A stretch of DNA of 64,000 nucleotides. Origin: an uncultured Acidimicrobiaceae bacterium. Lineage in GTDB: Bacteria > Actinomycetota > Acidimicrobiia > Acidimicrobiales > RAAP-2. Made by a program: the position numbers and the translations under genes. The notes under the pieces are model-generated. The model was not told the DNA's origin. It saw only the letters and a list, made by a program, of their open reading frames with translations, and did no database searches. This document shows positions 54,585 to 64,000 of this stretch, one piece after another; position 1 is the stretch's first letter; each line of letters opens with the position of its first letter. The DNA lies in the NCBI GenBank assembly GCA_903894295.1, contig CAITPI010000134.1, forward strand, positions 4,793 to 68,792, given 5' to 3'.

Positions 54585-55634
54585 TCAGCCGATCATCGCC
54601 TTGACCTGGCCGATCAGTTCGGCCGCCGTCTGGTCCCCTTGGGGAACCGGCGCCACCTGCAGGTGGGTGACTCCCGCCTCCTTGAAGGCGGCGATGCGTT
54701 CGGCGACATAACCCGCCGGCCCGCACAAAGACGTCAACTCGAGCAGTTCGTCGGGCACGAGCGCTTCGGCCTCCTGCTTCTTGCCGCTCAGGTAGAGATC
54801 CTGGATCTCGGTCGCTTCCTTTTCGAAGCCGTAGCGACAGGCGACGTCGTTGTAGAAGTTCTTGCCCTTGGCCCCCATGCCACCGACATAGAGCGCCACC
54901 ATCGACCGGGAAAGGTTCCGCAACGCGGTGATCTCCGGCCCTTCTCCGATGGCCAGCAGTCCACCCATGGTGACCTGCAACTCCCCAAGGGCCGGATCCC
55001 GCCTGGCCTTGCCCTCCGCCAACGCCGAACCCCAGACTTCATGGGCCCGCTCGGGAATGAACAGCATCGGAATCCAGCCGTTGGCCACTTCGGCCGTCAA
55101 CGCCACGTTCTTCTCGCCCAGGGACGCCACCCAGATCGGGATCGATGGCCGGACCGGCCGGCCGATGATCTTGAGGGCTTTGCCGAGGCCCGTACCCTCC
55201 CCCGGTGGAAGCGGCATGTTGTAGTAGGTGCCGTGATGCTCGAGGGGGGCCTCCCGGGCCCACACCTTCCGGCAGACGTCGATGATCTCCCGGGTCCGGG
55301 CCAGCGGGGCGGTGAAGGGAACCCCGTGCCAACCTTCGATGACCTGGGGGCCCGACGAGCCAAGACCGAGGTGGAACCGGCCGTCAGACAGCAGGTCGAT
55401 CCCGGCGGCGGTCATGGCGATGAGCGTGGGCGTCCGGGTGTAGATGGGCAGGATGGCCGAGCCGATCTCAACCTTCTCGGTGAGCGCCGCCAGGTAACCC
55501 ATCAGACTGGGACTGTCCATCCCGTACGCCTCGGCGACCCACACAAGGTCGAGACCGGCCTTTTCCATCTCGGAAACTTCCTGGGCGGCCTTCTTGAAGC
55601 CGCCGGCATAGCTGAGCATGGTGCTGATTTTCAT
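54585..55634 (-). CDS. LLM-class (luciferase-like) F420-dependent oxidoreductase
   Basis: This is the frame of ORF 54585..55745, with the start at MKISTMLSY (55634; AGGAG upstream). VWVAEAYGMDS, GLGSSGPQVIEGWHG and WIPMLF are typical of F420-dependent LLM enzymes. Confidence 0.8.
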   Translation of the reverse strand: MKISTMLSYAGGFKKAAQEVSEMEKAGLDLVWVAEAYGMDSPSLMGYLAALTEKVEIGSAILPIYTRTPTLIAMTAAGIDLLSDGRFHLGLGSSGPQVIEGWHGVPFTAPLARTREIIDVCRKVWAREAPLEHHGTYYNMPLPPGEGTGLGKALKIIGRPVRPSIPIWVASLGEKNVALTAEVANGWIPMLFIPERAHEVWGSALAEGKARRDPALGELQVTMGGLLAIGEGPEITALRNLSRSMVALYVGGMGAKGKNFYNDVACRYGFEKEATEIQDLYLSGKKQEAEALVPDELLELTSLCGPAGYVAERIAAFKEAGVTHLQVAPVPQGDQTAAELIGQVKAMIG

Positions 55635-55722
55635 GACTTCTCCTTCAGGATGGACACTCGGCGTAGATCGTGACGAAAGTTTGGCGACTCCCGGATGGGA
55701 GCCGATGGCCCGTTGCTTCGGC

Positions 55723-56535
55723 CTACTGCTCCCACAGCCGGACACTCATGGACTGGCTGGCCACGGCCAACAGCGTCCCACGTTCCGACCACAAAAAGAC
55801 GTTCCCTTCGGCGTGACCACCGACGACGGAGTGGATCCGGTTCTCACACAGCACCCACTCGGTGGTCTCGAGCTGAACGACCCGCAACGTGTTGTCGAGG
55901 CTTCGGGACATGACCGACCGACCCACCGACTGCGAGACCGCCCCGGTCAGGTAGTCGGCGAAGATGGCCAACGTGGCAGCCGAAGGATCGAGATGGCCGG
56001 GGACCTTGGCCCACAGGGCACTGGACGGCAACGGGGCAAAGGCGGCGCCCGAACGCAACTCTTCGAAGGTCCGGCCATGGGCCAGGCGCACGTCGATCCG
56101 GTCAAAGATCGACGGCAGGTCATAGTCGGGCAGGCGCCGGGGCGGGCACTCCTCCGGACGGGGCACGTCCGGGGGATCGACCCAGACCTGGTCCACGTCG
56201 AGGGTCCCCGGGGATCCGACAGCCGCGTTGACCGTCAGGATCTCCTTGTCGTCGCTCCGGACCACCACCCGGGCCTGAGACACCCGCTTGCCGGCGGCCG
56301 CCACCAGCACATCGAGGTCCAGCACCGCCCCGGTTGGAGCGAAGGACAGATACTGGGCAGTCGCCCACACCGTCTGGCGCCCGGTGGCGGCCTCGAGGGC
56401 GGCCAGTCCGGCTCCCAGGCCACAGCCTCCGAAGAGGAAGTGGCCGGGCGTCGTCAGTTCCGGCACGACCTCCATCCGCCAGTGATGGTCGTCGTCCATC
56501 GATTCCAGGCCAAAGAAGTGCAGGGCGTCGGTCAT
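55723..56535 (-). CDS. acyl-CoA thioesterase II-like (double hot-dog)
   Basis: This is the frame of ORF 55723..56664, with the start at MTDALHFFGLE (56535). LFGGCGLGAGLAALE...VSQARVVV...LDNTLRV fits the TesB-like layout. Confidence 0.7.
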   Translation of the reverse strand: MTDALHFFGLESMDDDHHWRMEVVPELTTPGHFLFGGCGLGAGLAALEAATGRQTVWATAQYLSFAPTGAVLDLDVLVAAAGKRVSQARVVVRSDDKEILTVNAAVGSPGTLDVDQVWVDPPDVPRPEECPPRRLPDYDLPSIFDRIDVRLAHGRTFEELRSGAAFAPLPSSALWAKVPGHLDPSAATLAIFADYLTGAVSQSVGRSVMSRSLDNTLRVVQLETTEWVLCENRIHSVVGGHAEGNVFLWSERGTLLAVASQSMSVRLWEQ

Positions 56536-56554
56536 GGTGCCGGTGGCCGGAAGA

Positions 56555-57751
56555 TCAGCTGCGGGGAACGTCGGACCAGGGCAGGGCCTTGTCCACCCGA
56601 ACGTCACCGGGCAGGCCGAGAATCCGCTCGCCGAGGATGTTGCGTTGAATCTCGGACGTGCCACCTTCGATGGAGTTGGCCCGGGACCGGAGGAACATCT
56701 TCCGGGACGAACCCGGCGGGCCGACGAGACCCAGCCCTTCGGCCCGCTTCATGGTGAAGTCGTAGCCGACCAGACCGGCCGGGCCCAACAGGTCGACGCA
56801 GAGTTCGAAGATCTTCTTGTTGTTCTCGGCAAACATCAGTTTGGCGATCGAGCCTTCCGGACCCGGATTGCCGGCCTTGCGGTTCTGGCTGGCCCGCATG
56901 TTGGTCAGGCGCAGCACTTCCGCCTCCACCCACAGGCGCATGATCCGGTCCCGGTCCACGGCGGTCTGCTCCGGGCATTCCTCCTGCCAGATCCGGATGG
57001 CCTCGGCGATGGCACCCGAGCCCCGGGGCGGGGCCCCGCCCCCACCGCCGATGGTGGTCCGCTCGTTGGACAAGGTGGTCATGGCCACCCGCCAGCCTTC
57101 CCCGACGTCGCCGATGCGGTCGGCATCGGGTACCCGGACTTCGGTGAGGTAGACCTCGTTGAACTCGGCCTCACCGGTCATCTGGCGCAGGGGACGAACC
57201 TCCACGCCCGGAGCGTGCATGTCGAGGGCAAAGTAGGTCAGTCCCTTGTGCTTCGGCGCCGATGGGTCGGTCCGGGCAACCAGCATGCCCCGGTCGGCGA
57301 TGTGGGCCAGCGTGTTCCACACCTTCTGTCCGGTGATGACCCACTCGTCACCATCCCGGACCGCCCGGGTGGCCAGTCCGGCCAGATCGGACCCGGAGCC
57401 CGGCTCGCTGAACAGCTGACACCAGGCTTCTTCTCCGGTGAAGGTCCGACGGAGCAGGCGTTGCCTGAGCTCGTCCGAACCGTGGGTGACCACGGTCGGG
57501 CCGGCCATCGTCAGTCCGAAGAACTCCCGGGAGCCCATCGGTGCGGCGCCGGCGGCCGAAAGGGGCCGGTCGATCAGGCGCTGCAGGTTGGGGGGAAGGC
57601 CGAGACCACCCGAACCTTCCGGAAAGGAAATCCAGGCCAAACCCAGATCAAACTGCCGGCCACGGAACTCGGCCACCGGCGTGGATTTCGGGTCCATCTC
57701 GGCCAGAAGCTGGGCCACGAGGCCCTCGACCAGTGTGGTGTGATCATCCAT
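56555..57751 (-). CDS. acyl-CoA dehydrogenase
   Basis: This is the frame of ORF 56555..58045, with the start at MDDHTTLVEG (57751). It has CQLFSEPGSGSDLAG, GQKVWNT and IEGGTSEIQRNILGERILGLP. Confidence 0.85.
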   Translation of the reverse strand: MDDHTTLVEGLVAQLLAEMDPKSTPVAEFRGRQFDLGLAWISFPEGSGGLGLPPNLQRLIDRPLSAAGAAPMGSREFFGLTMAGPTVVTHGSDELRQRLLRRTFTGEEAWCQLFSEPGSGSDLAGLATRAVRDGDEWVITGQKVWNTLAHIADRGMLVARTDPSAPKHKGLTYFALDMHAPGVEVRPLRQMTGEAEFNEVYLTEVRVPDADRIGDVGEGWRVAMTTLSNERTTIGGGGGAPPRGSGAIAEAIRIWQEECPEQTAVDRDRIMRLWVEAEVLRLTNMRASQNRKAGNPGPEGSIAKLMFAENNKKIFELCVDLLGPAGLVGYDFTMKRAEGLGLVGPPGSSRKMFLRSRANSIEGGTSEIQRNILGERILGLPGDVRVDKALPWSDVPRS

Positions 57752-57806
57752 GCCCCGAGGGTAGCGCCTCCCGGCGGCACCAAGGACTCCTCCCGACTCC
57801 GACGGT

Positions 57807-58430
57807 TCAGGGTTGCAGGCGCATCCGGGACCAGCCATCGGGCGTTCGGTCATAGACCAGACGGTCGTGGAGCCGGAACTCTCCGTCCTGCCAGAACTCG
57901 AAGTGTTCGGGCGTGACCCGCCATCCTCCCCAGTGCGCCGGTCGGGGAATCGTCTGTCCGGCGAAACGGGCTTCCACCTCGGCGACCTGTCGATCGAAGG
58001 TCGCCCGGTCCTCGATCGGCCGGGACTGGGCCGAGGCGACGGCACCGACCTGGCTCACCCTCGGCCGGGAGGCAAAGTAGGCATCGGACTCCTCCCGGGA
58101 GGTCTTCGTCACCGGGCCCTCGATGCGGACCTGGCGGCCGAGGGGTTCCCAGTAGAACATGAGGGCCGCCACGGGCCGTTCGGCCAACTCCTTCGACTTG
58201 CGGCCCTCGTAGTTGGTGAAGAACACGAACCCGTCGTCGTCCCATCCCTTGAGCAGCACCATCCGCGACGATGGCCTCCCTTCCGGTCCGACGGTGGCGA
58301 GGGCCATGGCCTCCGGGCTGGGCAAGGCCTCCTCGGCGGCGGCATACCAGCGGCCGAACTCGACGAAAGGGTCCTGGTCGGCGCTGGCTTCATCCCAGTT
58401 GGGCTCCCGCCCGGTTCCCGAATCCTCCAT
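57807..58430 (-). CDS. pdxH: pyridoxamine 5'-phosphate oxidase
   Basis: ORF 57807..58430. It has RMVLLKGWDDDGFVFFTNYEGRKSKEL, RQVRIEGPV, YFASRPRVSQVGAVAS and HWGGWRV...EFWQ. Confidence 0.9.
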   Translation of the reverse strand: MEDSGTGREPNWDEASADQDPFVEFGRWYAAAEEALPSPEAMALATVGPEGRPSSRMVLLKGWDDDGFVFFTNYEGRKSKELAERPVAALMFYWEPLGRQVRIEGPVTKTSREESDAYFASRPRVSQVGAVASAQSRPIEDRATFDRQVAEVEARFAGQTIPRPAHWGGWRVTPEHFEFWQDGEFRLHDRLVYDRTPDGWSRMRLQP

Positions 58431-58553
58431 GCCCGGACCTTAGCGATCCGGGCCGGTGGACACGACGGGAACCAGGGCCAGATGCCACTCCCGAGACGGT
58501 AGCGTCGATGCCATGACGCGGACAGGGACCTTCTCCGGCGAAAGTGGACGACC

Positions 58554-59750
58554 GTGATCGATGTCGACGCCGAACGGGCGGCCACTCCCGGTTGTTCGGT
58601 AGGCATCCACCTGAACAGTGCCGGCGCCTCCCTCCCCCGCCAGGCCACGGTGGACACGGTGGTCGCCCATCTCCAACGCGAAAGCCGGCACGGCGGCTAC
58701 GAGGCCGCCCAGCAGGTAGAGGCCGAGCTCCTCGGTGTGCGTGAGGTGGCAGGCGCCCTGCTCGGCGCCCATCCGGGCGAGATCGCCATCACCGGATCGG
58801 ACACCGAAGGCTGGACCCGGGCCATCTGGGGGTTCGCCCTGTGCGGCGGATTCGAAAAGGGCAAACGGATCCTCGTCGACCGGCTCTGTTACGACAGCCA
58901 CTACATCGGCCTGCTGCGGGTGGCGGAAGCGGTGGAAGCCACCATCGACGTGGTTCCCAGCGAACCGGACGGGACCATCGACCTCGGGGCGCTCGAGTTG
59001 GCATTGGCGTTCGACAACGTGGCCCTCGTGGCCGCCACCCATGTCGGCACCCACCGCGGGCTGGTCAACCCGGTCGGCGAGATCGGCTTCTCCTGTCGTC
59101 GGGCCGGCGTGCCGTTCTTCCTCGATGCCTGCCAGAGCGTCGGACAGCTCCCGGTCGACGTGGGTGAGATCGGCTGTGATGTCCTGACCGCCACCGGGCG
59201 GAAGTGGTTGCGGGCTCCCCGGGGCACCGGGCTGCTCTATGTGCACAACGACCTGGCCCGCCGGCTGCGACCCCTTGGCACCGACGGTCGGTCCTCGGAA
59301 TGGATCGACCGCACCGACTACCGCTTTGCGACCGGCGCCGACCGGTTCATGGAGTTTGAGGCCCCGGTGGCCAACATCCTTGGCCTCGGCGAGGCGATCA
59401 GCCACGCCCTCGACCTCGGCGTGGCCGCCATCGCCGAACGGGTACAGGAGTTGGCCGAATATCTCCGGACCAGCCTGTCCACCCTGGAGGGACTGACGGT
59501 CCATGACGGTGGAACGGTCCGGTCCGGCATCGTGACGTTCTCCATCGAGGGCACCGGATCCGACGACATCGCCCGCCGGTGCGGCCTCTCGGGCATCAGC
59601 GTGTGGACCTCACAGCTGTCGGCCGCCCTGCTCGATGCCAGCCCGCTGCGGCCCGAAGTGGTGGTCCGGGCATCGCCTCACTACTTCAACACCCACGCCG
59701 AACTCGACCGGCTCGCCGACGTCCTCTCGGACATTTCCACCGGCACCTGA
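58554..59750 (+). CDS. class V aminotransferase / cysteine-desulfurase-like PLP enzyme
   Basis: ORF 58554..59750. It has LNSAGASLP, FLDACQSVGQLPVDV and TATGRKWLRAPRGTGLLYV (PLP lysine block). Confidence 0.75.
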   Translation: MIDVDAERAATPGCSVGIHLNSAGASLPRQATVDTVVAHLQRESRHGGYEAAQQVEAELLGVREVAGALLGAHPGEIAITGSDTEGWTRAIWGFALCGGFEKGKRILVDRLCYDSHYIGLLRVAEAVEATIDVVPSEPDGTIDLGALELALAFDNVALVAATHVGTHRGLVNPVGEIGFSCRRAGVPFFLDACQSVGQLPVDVGEIGCDVLTATGRKWLRAPRGTGLLYVHNDLARRLRPLGTDGRSSEWIDRTDYRFATGADRFMEFEAPVANILGLGEAISHALDLGVAAIAERVQELAEYLRTSLSTLEGLTVHDGGTVRSGIVTFSIEGTGSDDIARRCGLSGISVWTSQLSAALLDASPLRPEVVVRASPHYFNTHAELDRLADVLSDISTGT

Positions 59751-59782
59751 CGCCGGCCCGGCCGACTGGCGACCGGGGTCCG

Positions 59783-60604
59783 TCAGGCTTCGATCGTCAT
59801 CAGGTCTTCGGCCACCACAATGTCGCCGGAAAAGTGCGTAGCGGCAATGTCCACCCACTCGTCGGCTGCTCCCGGCTGGGGCGCCGGCACCATGTGGGTC
59901 ATCACCAGTTTCCTGACCCCGGCCCGCTGGGCGGTCGAGGCCGCCTGGGCGATGTCGGAGTGGTAGTCCAGGATGTCCTGGAACCTCGGCATGGGAACCG
60001 ACTCGACCACCGTGCGGTGAATCACCGTCTGGACGTAAACGTCGGCTCCCTGACACAGCCGGTCCAGTCCCTCGCAGGGAACAGTGTCACCGGCGATCAC
60101 CACCACCTGCCCGTCGGCTTCGATGCGGTAGCCCACGGTCGGATGCACCGGTGCATGGTCGGTGGGGGCGGCCAGGATCCGCACCCCGCCGGCGTTGTAG
60201 ACCTCGCCGTCTTCCACTTCGGTGACCTCCACCGGGGGCTGCCAGTTCAGGTCGGCGTGGTGGGCGAGGCGGTAGGAGATGTCGGTGTCCAACATGGCCA
60301 GGGTCTTCTCCACCAGTCCGGCCGTGCCGACCGGCCCGACCACCGGAAGCGGGTTCTCCAACGGGGACATGGCCCAACGCATGGTGATGATGTCGTTCAG
60401 GTCGGTGGTGTGGTCGCTGTGCAGGTGGGTCAGGAACACGACGGCAAAGGCCGCCGGGCCGGAAAAGGTGCCGGCCGCCCGCATCAGGACGCCACGACCA
60501 CAGTCGAAGAGATAGTCCCGGCCGCCGGCCCGGACCAGGGTGGCGGGACCGGCCCGGTTCGGATCAGGAATCGGACTTCCGGTGCCAAGCGTGACGACCT
60601 GCAT
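59783..60604 (-). CDS. MBL-fold metallo-hydrolase (RNase Z/ElaC-like)
   Basis: ORF 59783..60604. It has LGTGSPIP, the THLHSDH motif, GDT and a C-terminal H. Confidence 0.8.
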   Translation of the reverse strand: MQVVTLGTGSPIPDPNRAGPATLVRAGGRDYLFDCGRGVLMRAAGTFSGPAAFAVVFLTHLHSDHTTDLNDIITMRWAMSPLENPLPVVGPVGTAGLVEKTLAMLDTDISYRLAHHADLNWQPPVEVTEVEDGEVYNAGGVRILAAPTDHAPVHPTVGYRIEADGQVVVIAGDTVPCEGLDRLCQGADVYVQTVIHRTVVESVPMPRFQDILDYHSDIAQAASTAQRAGVRKLVMTHMVPAPQPGAADEWVDIAATHFSGDIVVAEDLMTIEA

Positions 60605-60751
60605 ACTGCTGCCTCCTGAAGTTCACTGGTGACCAGATGGTAGGACAATCTGTCAGTTGGTGTGTCACTTGATGACCGGCCGACCGGATGAACGTCTGGT
60701 CCCGCCCGTCGGTTCCCGGGCCAAAGGAAGGGCCGAAGTCCGAAGCGCCAG

Positions 60752-61429
60752 CTAGCGGATGTCGCCCAGTGGGATCTCCGGGTCATGATCCGGCAGGGGA
60801 ACCCGGACCAACGAGGCCAGGTTGGGAATGCTCCACGAGAGAACCGGGCCCGTGAGCGCCACGAAGAGCACCGTGACCACATTGATCGGACCCCGCAGGA
60901 CGAGGGCCAGAGCGAGCAGCACCACCTCGATTCCCCACCGGGCCCGGTGCAGGCGGAAACCCTTGGCGACCAGCGAGAGCATCAGTTCCTCGAGACATCC
61001 CGCGCCGATGCCCGACAGCACAAAACTGGTCAGACCCAGGTAGAGGGCCGCGAGGGACAGTGCCGCCTCCACTCCCCGACCGGGCAACCCGCTCACCCGG
61101 GGCAGGACAGCAACGCCGACGTCGATCATGAGTCCGAGAAAGAACACCAGGGCCACGGTGCCGATCTTCGGCCGCCGTCCGAGCAGCCAGGCCAGGAGGA
61201 GCACAAGGCTGGCGTTGATCCACGAGCACTGGCCGACCGCAAGTCCGATGTGGGCGCCGATGCCGGCGTTCACGGCATCGAACGGATCGGTGCCGAGGCG
61301 CGCCTGCAACAGGCCGCCGATCCCAAGTCCGGCGATCGAAAAGCCGACGGCATAGAGGGTGAACCGACGGAAGCGGATTCCAGACGGAACACGGGCACCC
61401 ATGAACCCGTCCGGTCGCTCGTCACCCAT
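60752..61429 (-). CDS. YczE-like integral membrane protein
   Basis: ORF 60752..61495, with the start at MGDERP (61429). It has about 6 TM helices, and GLGIGGLLQARLGTDPFDAVNAGI resembles the YczE/YitT-type N-terminus. Confidence 0.5.
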   Translation of the reverse strand: MGDERPDGFMGARVPSGIRFRRFTLYAVGFSIAGLGIGGLLQARLGTDPFDAVNAGIGAHIGLAVGQCSWINASLVLLLAWLLGRRPKIGTVALVFFLGLMIDVGVAVLPRVSGLPGRGVEAALSLAALYLGLTSFVLSGIGAGCLEELMLSLVAKGFRLHRARWGIEVVLLALALVLRGPINVVTVLFVALTGPVLSWSIPNLASLVRVPLPDHDPEIPLGDIR

Positions 61430-61688
61430 TGTCACAACGCTACCGGCCAACCACCGTCCTTCAGTAACTTCCCCTGCTCCTGGCGGCGGTCGCATGTCGT
61501 TGGCCCTGGACCCACCGCCTCCGTGTCCCGGTTCCCTGGCGCACGTGTCCCGGGCCTTGTGGTGCAGTCACGCCTGCCCGGTTGGCGTGACCGATTCAAC
61601 CGAGCCGAGTGGGGGTCAGACGGCCCGGCGACCGTCGACGGTTCGGGTCGTTCTGGCGCCGTGGGGCCACGTTCCCTACATTGGACGG

Positions 61689-62468
61689 ATGATCCTGGAG
61701 AACAAGACCGTCATCGTCACCGGAGTCGGAGGTGGGCTGGGCCGGGAATGCGCAGCCAGCGCCCTGCGCGACGGCGCCAACGTCGTCCTGGCCGCCCGCA
61801 CCGAAGAGTCACTGGCGTCCATCGCCTCCGAGCTCGATCCCACCGGCGAGCGGGTGGCGACCAAGGTGACCGACATCACCGACGATGCGTCGTGCAACGC
61901 CCTCAGCGAGTTCGCCGTCGAGCGCTTTGGCACCATTGACGCCCTCGTGCAGGTGGCGGCGTTCGAGAACGCCTGGGGCGGACTCCACAACACCAAGTTC
62001 GAAGATTGGCGCTCGGCGTTCGACACCAACGTGCTCGGCGCCCTCAACGTGCTCCGGCCGGTCGTCAACGTCATGAAGGAGAACGGTGGCGGCTCGGTGG
62101 TGCTGATCGGCTCGCAGTCGATGTTCCAGCCCCAGATGCCCCAAGGGGGCTATGCGGCTTCCAAGTCGGCCCTCTTGTCGGCCATGTACTACCTGGCCGA
62201 CGAGTTCGGACCCGACAACATCCGCTTCAACATGGTGATTCCGTCCTGGATGTGGGGACCACCGGTCGAGATGCTGGTGAACTGGCGTTCCACCAACGAA
62301 GAGCGGTCCAGGGAAGACGTGCTGAACGACATCGTCGGCAAGTTCCCGTTGCGCCGGATGACCGAGGACGGCGAGGTGGCCGACGTCGTCGCCTTCTTCG
62401 CCTCGGACCATGCCAAGGCCGTCACCGGCCAGTATCTCCTCGTCAACTCGGGCGAGATGTTCCGATGA
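61689..62468 (+). CDS. SDR-family oxidoreductase
   Basis: This is the frame of ORF 61359..62468, with the start at ATG 61689 (MILENKTVIVTGVGGGLGRE). It has YAASKSAL. Confidence 0.8.
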   Translation: MILENKTVIVTGVGGGLGRECAASALRDGANVVLAARTEESLASIASELDPTGERVATKVTDITDDASCNALSEFAVERFGTIDALVQVAAFENAWGGLHNTKFEDWRSAFDTNVLGALNVLRPVVNVMKENGGGSVVLIGSQSMFQPQMPQGGYAASKSALLSAMYYLADEFGPDNIRFNMVIPSWMWGPPVEMLVNWRSTNEERSREDVLNDIVGKFPLRRMTEDGEVADVVAFFASDHAKAVTGQYLLVNSGEMFR

Positions 62469-63541
62469 GCGCCCCCAGGCGGGTCGTGGTCTTCGGCACC
62501 GGATTTGTCGGAAAGATGGTGATACCCGAGATCCTCAGGCATCCGGGCTTCGAACTGGCCGGGGTCGGTGTGGCCAACCCTGACAAGGTGGGCGTCGACG
62601 TCGGTGACATCTGCGGGATCGCACCCATCGGCCTGAAGGCGACCGACGATCTCGAGGCCCTGGTGGCCCTCGCCCCCGATGCACTCGTCCACTACGGCCC
62701 GACGGCCGCCGAGGCGGCGGTGAACATCCGCGACATCTCGACCTTTCTGCGGGCCGGCATCGATGTCTGTTCCACCGCCATGACGCCATGGGTCTGGCCG
62801 GCGATGGCCCAGAACCCTCCCGCCTGGATCGACCCCATCACCGAGGCGTGCGAGGCCGGAGGAGCGTCCTGCTTCACGACCGGGATCGACCCCGGATTCG
62901 CCAACGACCTCTTCCCGCTTACGTTGATGGGGCTGTGCAGCGAGGTCCGTCAGGTGCGGGCCCTCGAGATCCTCGACTACATCAACTACACCGGCGACTA
63001 CGAAGTGGAGATGGGCATCGGACGTCCGCCCGAGTTCGATGCCATGCTCCAGCATCCCGGAATCCTGATCATGGCCTGGGGGGCCACCGTGCCGATGATG
63101 GCGCACGCCGTCGGGGTCGAGCTCGACGAGATCACCACCACCTGGGAGAAGTGGGTGACCCCGGTTCCCATTGCCACCGCCAAGGGCCAGATCGAAGCCG
63201 GTCATGTGGCCGCCATCCGGTTCACCATCAACGGAATGCTGAACGGAGAAGCGCGGATCTGCCTGGAGCACGTCAACCGGGTCGGACAGGACAGCGCACC
63301 GGAGTGGCCCCGGGGCAACCAGAACGACGTCTACCGGGTGGTCATCGAGGGAACGCCGTCGATCGTTCAGGAAACCGCCTTCCGGTTCACCGACGGAAGT
63401 GGTCGGGATGCGGCCACGGCGGGCTGTCTGGCCACCGGCCTGCGCGCCCTCAATGCCGTCCCCGCCGTGAACGACCTCCCGCCGGGCTGGGTGACCGCCC
63501 TCGACCTTCCCCTCGTCCCCGGAGTGGGAACCATCCGCTAG
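62465..63541 (+). CDS. NAD(P)-binding DapB-N-like / amine-dehydrogenase-family protein
   Basis: This is the frame of ORF 62006..63541, with the start at ATG 62465 (ATGA overlap). RVVVFGTGFVGKMV is a Rossmann motif. The overall layout resembles dihydrodipicolinate-reductase-like amine dehydrogenases. Confidence 0.6.
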   Translation: MSAPRRVVVFGTGFVGKMVIPEILRHPGFELAGVGVANPDKVGVDVGDICGIAPIGLKATDDLEALVALAPDALVHYGPTAAEAAVNIRDISTFLRAGIDVCSTAMTPWVWPAMAQNPPAWIDPITEACEAGGASCFTTGIDPGFANDLFPLTLMGLCSEVRQVRALEILDYINYTGDYEVEMGIGRPPEFDAMLQHPGILIMAWGATVPMMAHAVGVELDEITTTWEKWVTPVPIATAKGQIEAGHVAAIRFTINGMLNGEARICLEHVNRVGQDSAPEWPRGNQNDVYRVVIEGTPSIVQETAFRFTDGSGRDAATAGCLATGLRALNAVPAVNDLPPGWVTALDLPLVPGVGTIR

Positions 63542-63652
63542 GAACCGATCCGGAGAGGCAAAGCCGCCGGGCCGACAATGCCACCGGCACGGCCATCGAC
63601 CCGCCTCCCGGCCATCTGTCCACGAACCTCGCCGACCACCATGAGGAGTTCC

Positions 63653-64000
63653 ATGACCCCCGAAGATCTTGTTGAGATCGAACTGATCAAGCGACTGAAG
63701 TACCGCTACCTGCGCAGCATCGACCAGAAGCTCTGGGACGAACTCGAGTCCTGTTTCATCCCCGGGGCCACCGCCCGCTATGGAGGTGGACGCTACGAGT
63801 TCGCAGGACGGGACGACATCATGGAGTTCTGCCGTACGTCGATGGGCGCCACCACGTTCCTGAGCAGCCACCGGTGCCATCATCCCGAGATCGACCTCGT
63901 CGGCTCCGACGAGGCCACCGGCACCTGGGCGCTTGAAGACACGGTGATCCTGACCGACTTCGGGCTCAACATCCAGGGTGCCGCCTTCTACGAAGACCGC
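63653..64000 (+). CDS. SnoaL-like / NTF2-fold protein (3' end outside window)
   Basis: Not in the ORF track because there is no stop in the window. My translation is MTPEDLVEIELIKRLKYRYLRSIDQKLWDELESCF...FLSSHRCHHPEIDL...GTWALEDTV. A GAGGAG SD lies upstream. Confidence 0.6.
   Translation, partial: MTPEDLVEIELIKRLKYRYLRSIDQKLWDELESCFIPGATARYGGGRYEFAGRDDIMEFCRTSMGATTFLSSHRCHHPEIDLVGSDEATGTWALEDTVILTDFGLNIQGAAFYEDR

Noticed and set aside
62189-63883. 564-aa minus-strand ORF
   Set aside because: It is antisense to the SDR and DapB-like genes and has a low-complexity composition.
1-64000. Mobile elements, prophage, tRNA or rRNA genes, or a genomic island
   Set aside because: I saw no transposase, integrase or phage-like proteins, no tRNA-like T-arm or acceptor patterns, and no sharp compositional break. 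The only lower-GC patches are short intergenic regulatory regions.

Overview
This is a high-GC, densely coding, actinobacterial-type chromosome segment of about 60 genes. I found no rRNA, tRNA, CRISPR array, transposase or integrase. All family calls come from reading the translations and recognising motifs from memory; no searches were run.

Main content, in order:

1. Mycofactocin locus (about 2.0-17.9 kb).
   - A minus-strand operon carries mftR, an NDMA/mycofactocin-type alcohol dehydrogenase, an MtaD-like deaminase and a small membrane protein.
   - A divergent 13-gene plus-strand operon starts with a 37-codon mftA that is missing from the ORF track (C-terminus IDGMCGVY).
   - In that operon mftABC and mftE/mftF are separated by two FadH/OYE-type flavo-FeS oxidoreductases, a nicotinoprotein-type SDR and a FixB-FixC-FixX-FixA-like electron-transfer flavoprotein set.
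   - No mftD or mftG is present in the window.
2. A 22-bp x4 tandem repeat spans the mftF stop codon.
3. An rpf gene has a roughly 250-nt leader that may be a ydaO/c-di-AMP riboswitch. It shares a bidirectional terminator with a cold-shock gene.
4. A five-gene, ATGA-coupled minus-strand redox operon: a membrane-anchored repeat peptide with tandem SGAT motifs, ApbE flavin transferase, a ferric-reductase-like heme membrane protein, a NuoF-like protein and a ferredoxin.
5. Housekeeping and accessory genes: PIG-V-like GT-C transferase, gabT, Tyr phosphatase, MMPL, GNAT, MarR plus a heterodimeric ABC exporter, acyl-CoA ligase, TrpB2, recC-recB-recD, a lipoprotein and an FtsH-like protease.
6. A roughly 1-kb T-depleted stretch with no convincing ORF.
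7. A two-gene secreted Ig-like-repeat operon, a hypothetical protein with a PemK/MazF-like C-terminus, and then lipid and cofactor genes (LLM oxidoreductase, thioesterase, acyl-CoA dehydrogenase, pdxH, class V aminotransferase, MBL hydrolase, SDR and others).

Many long ORFs in the track are antisense or alternate-frame artefacts of the high GC content and were rejected.
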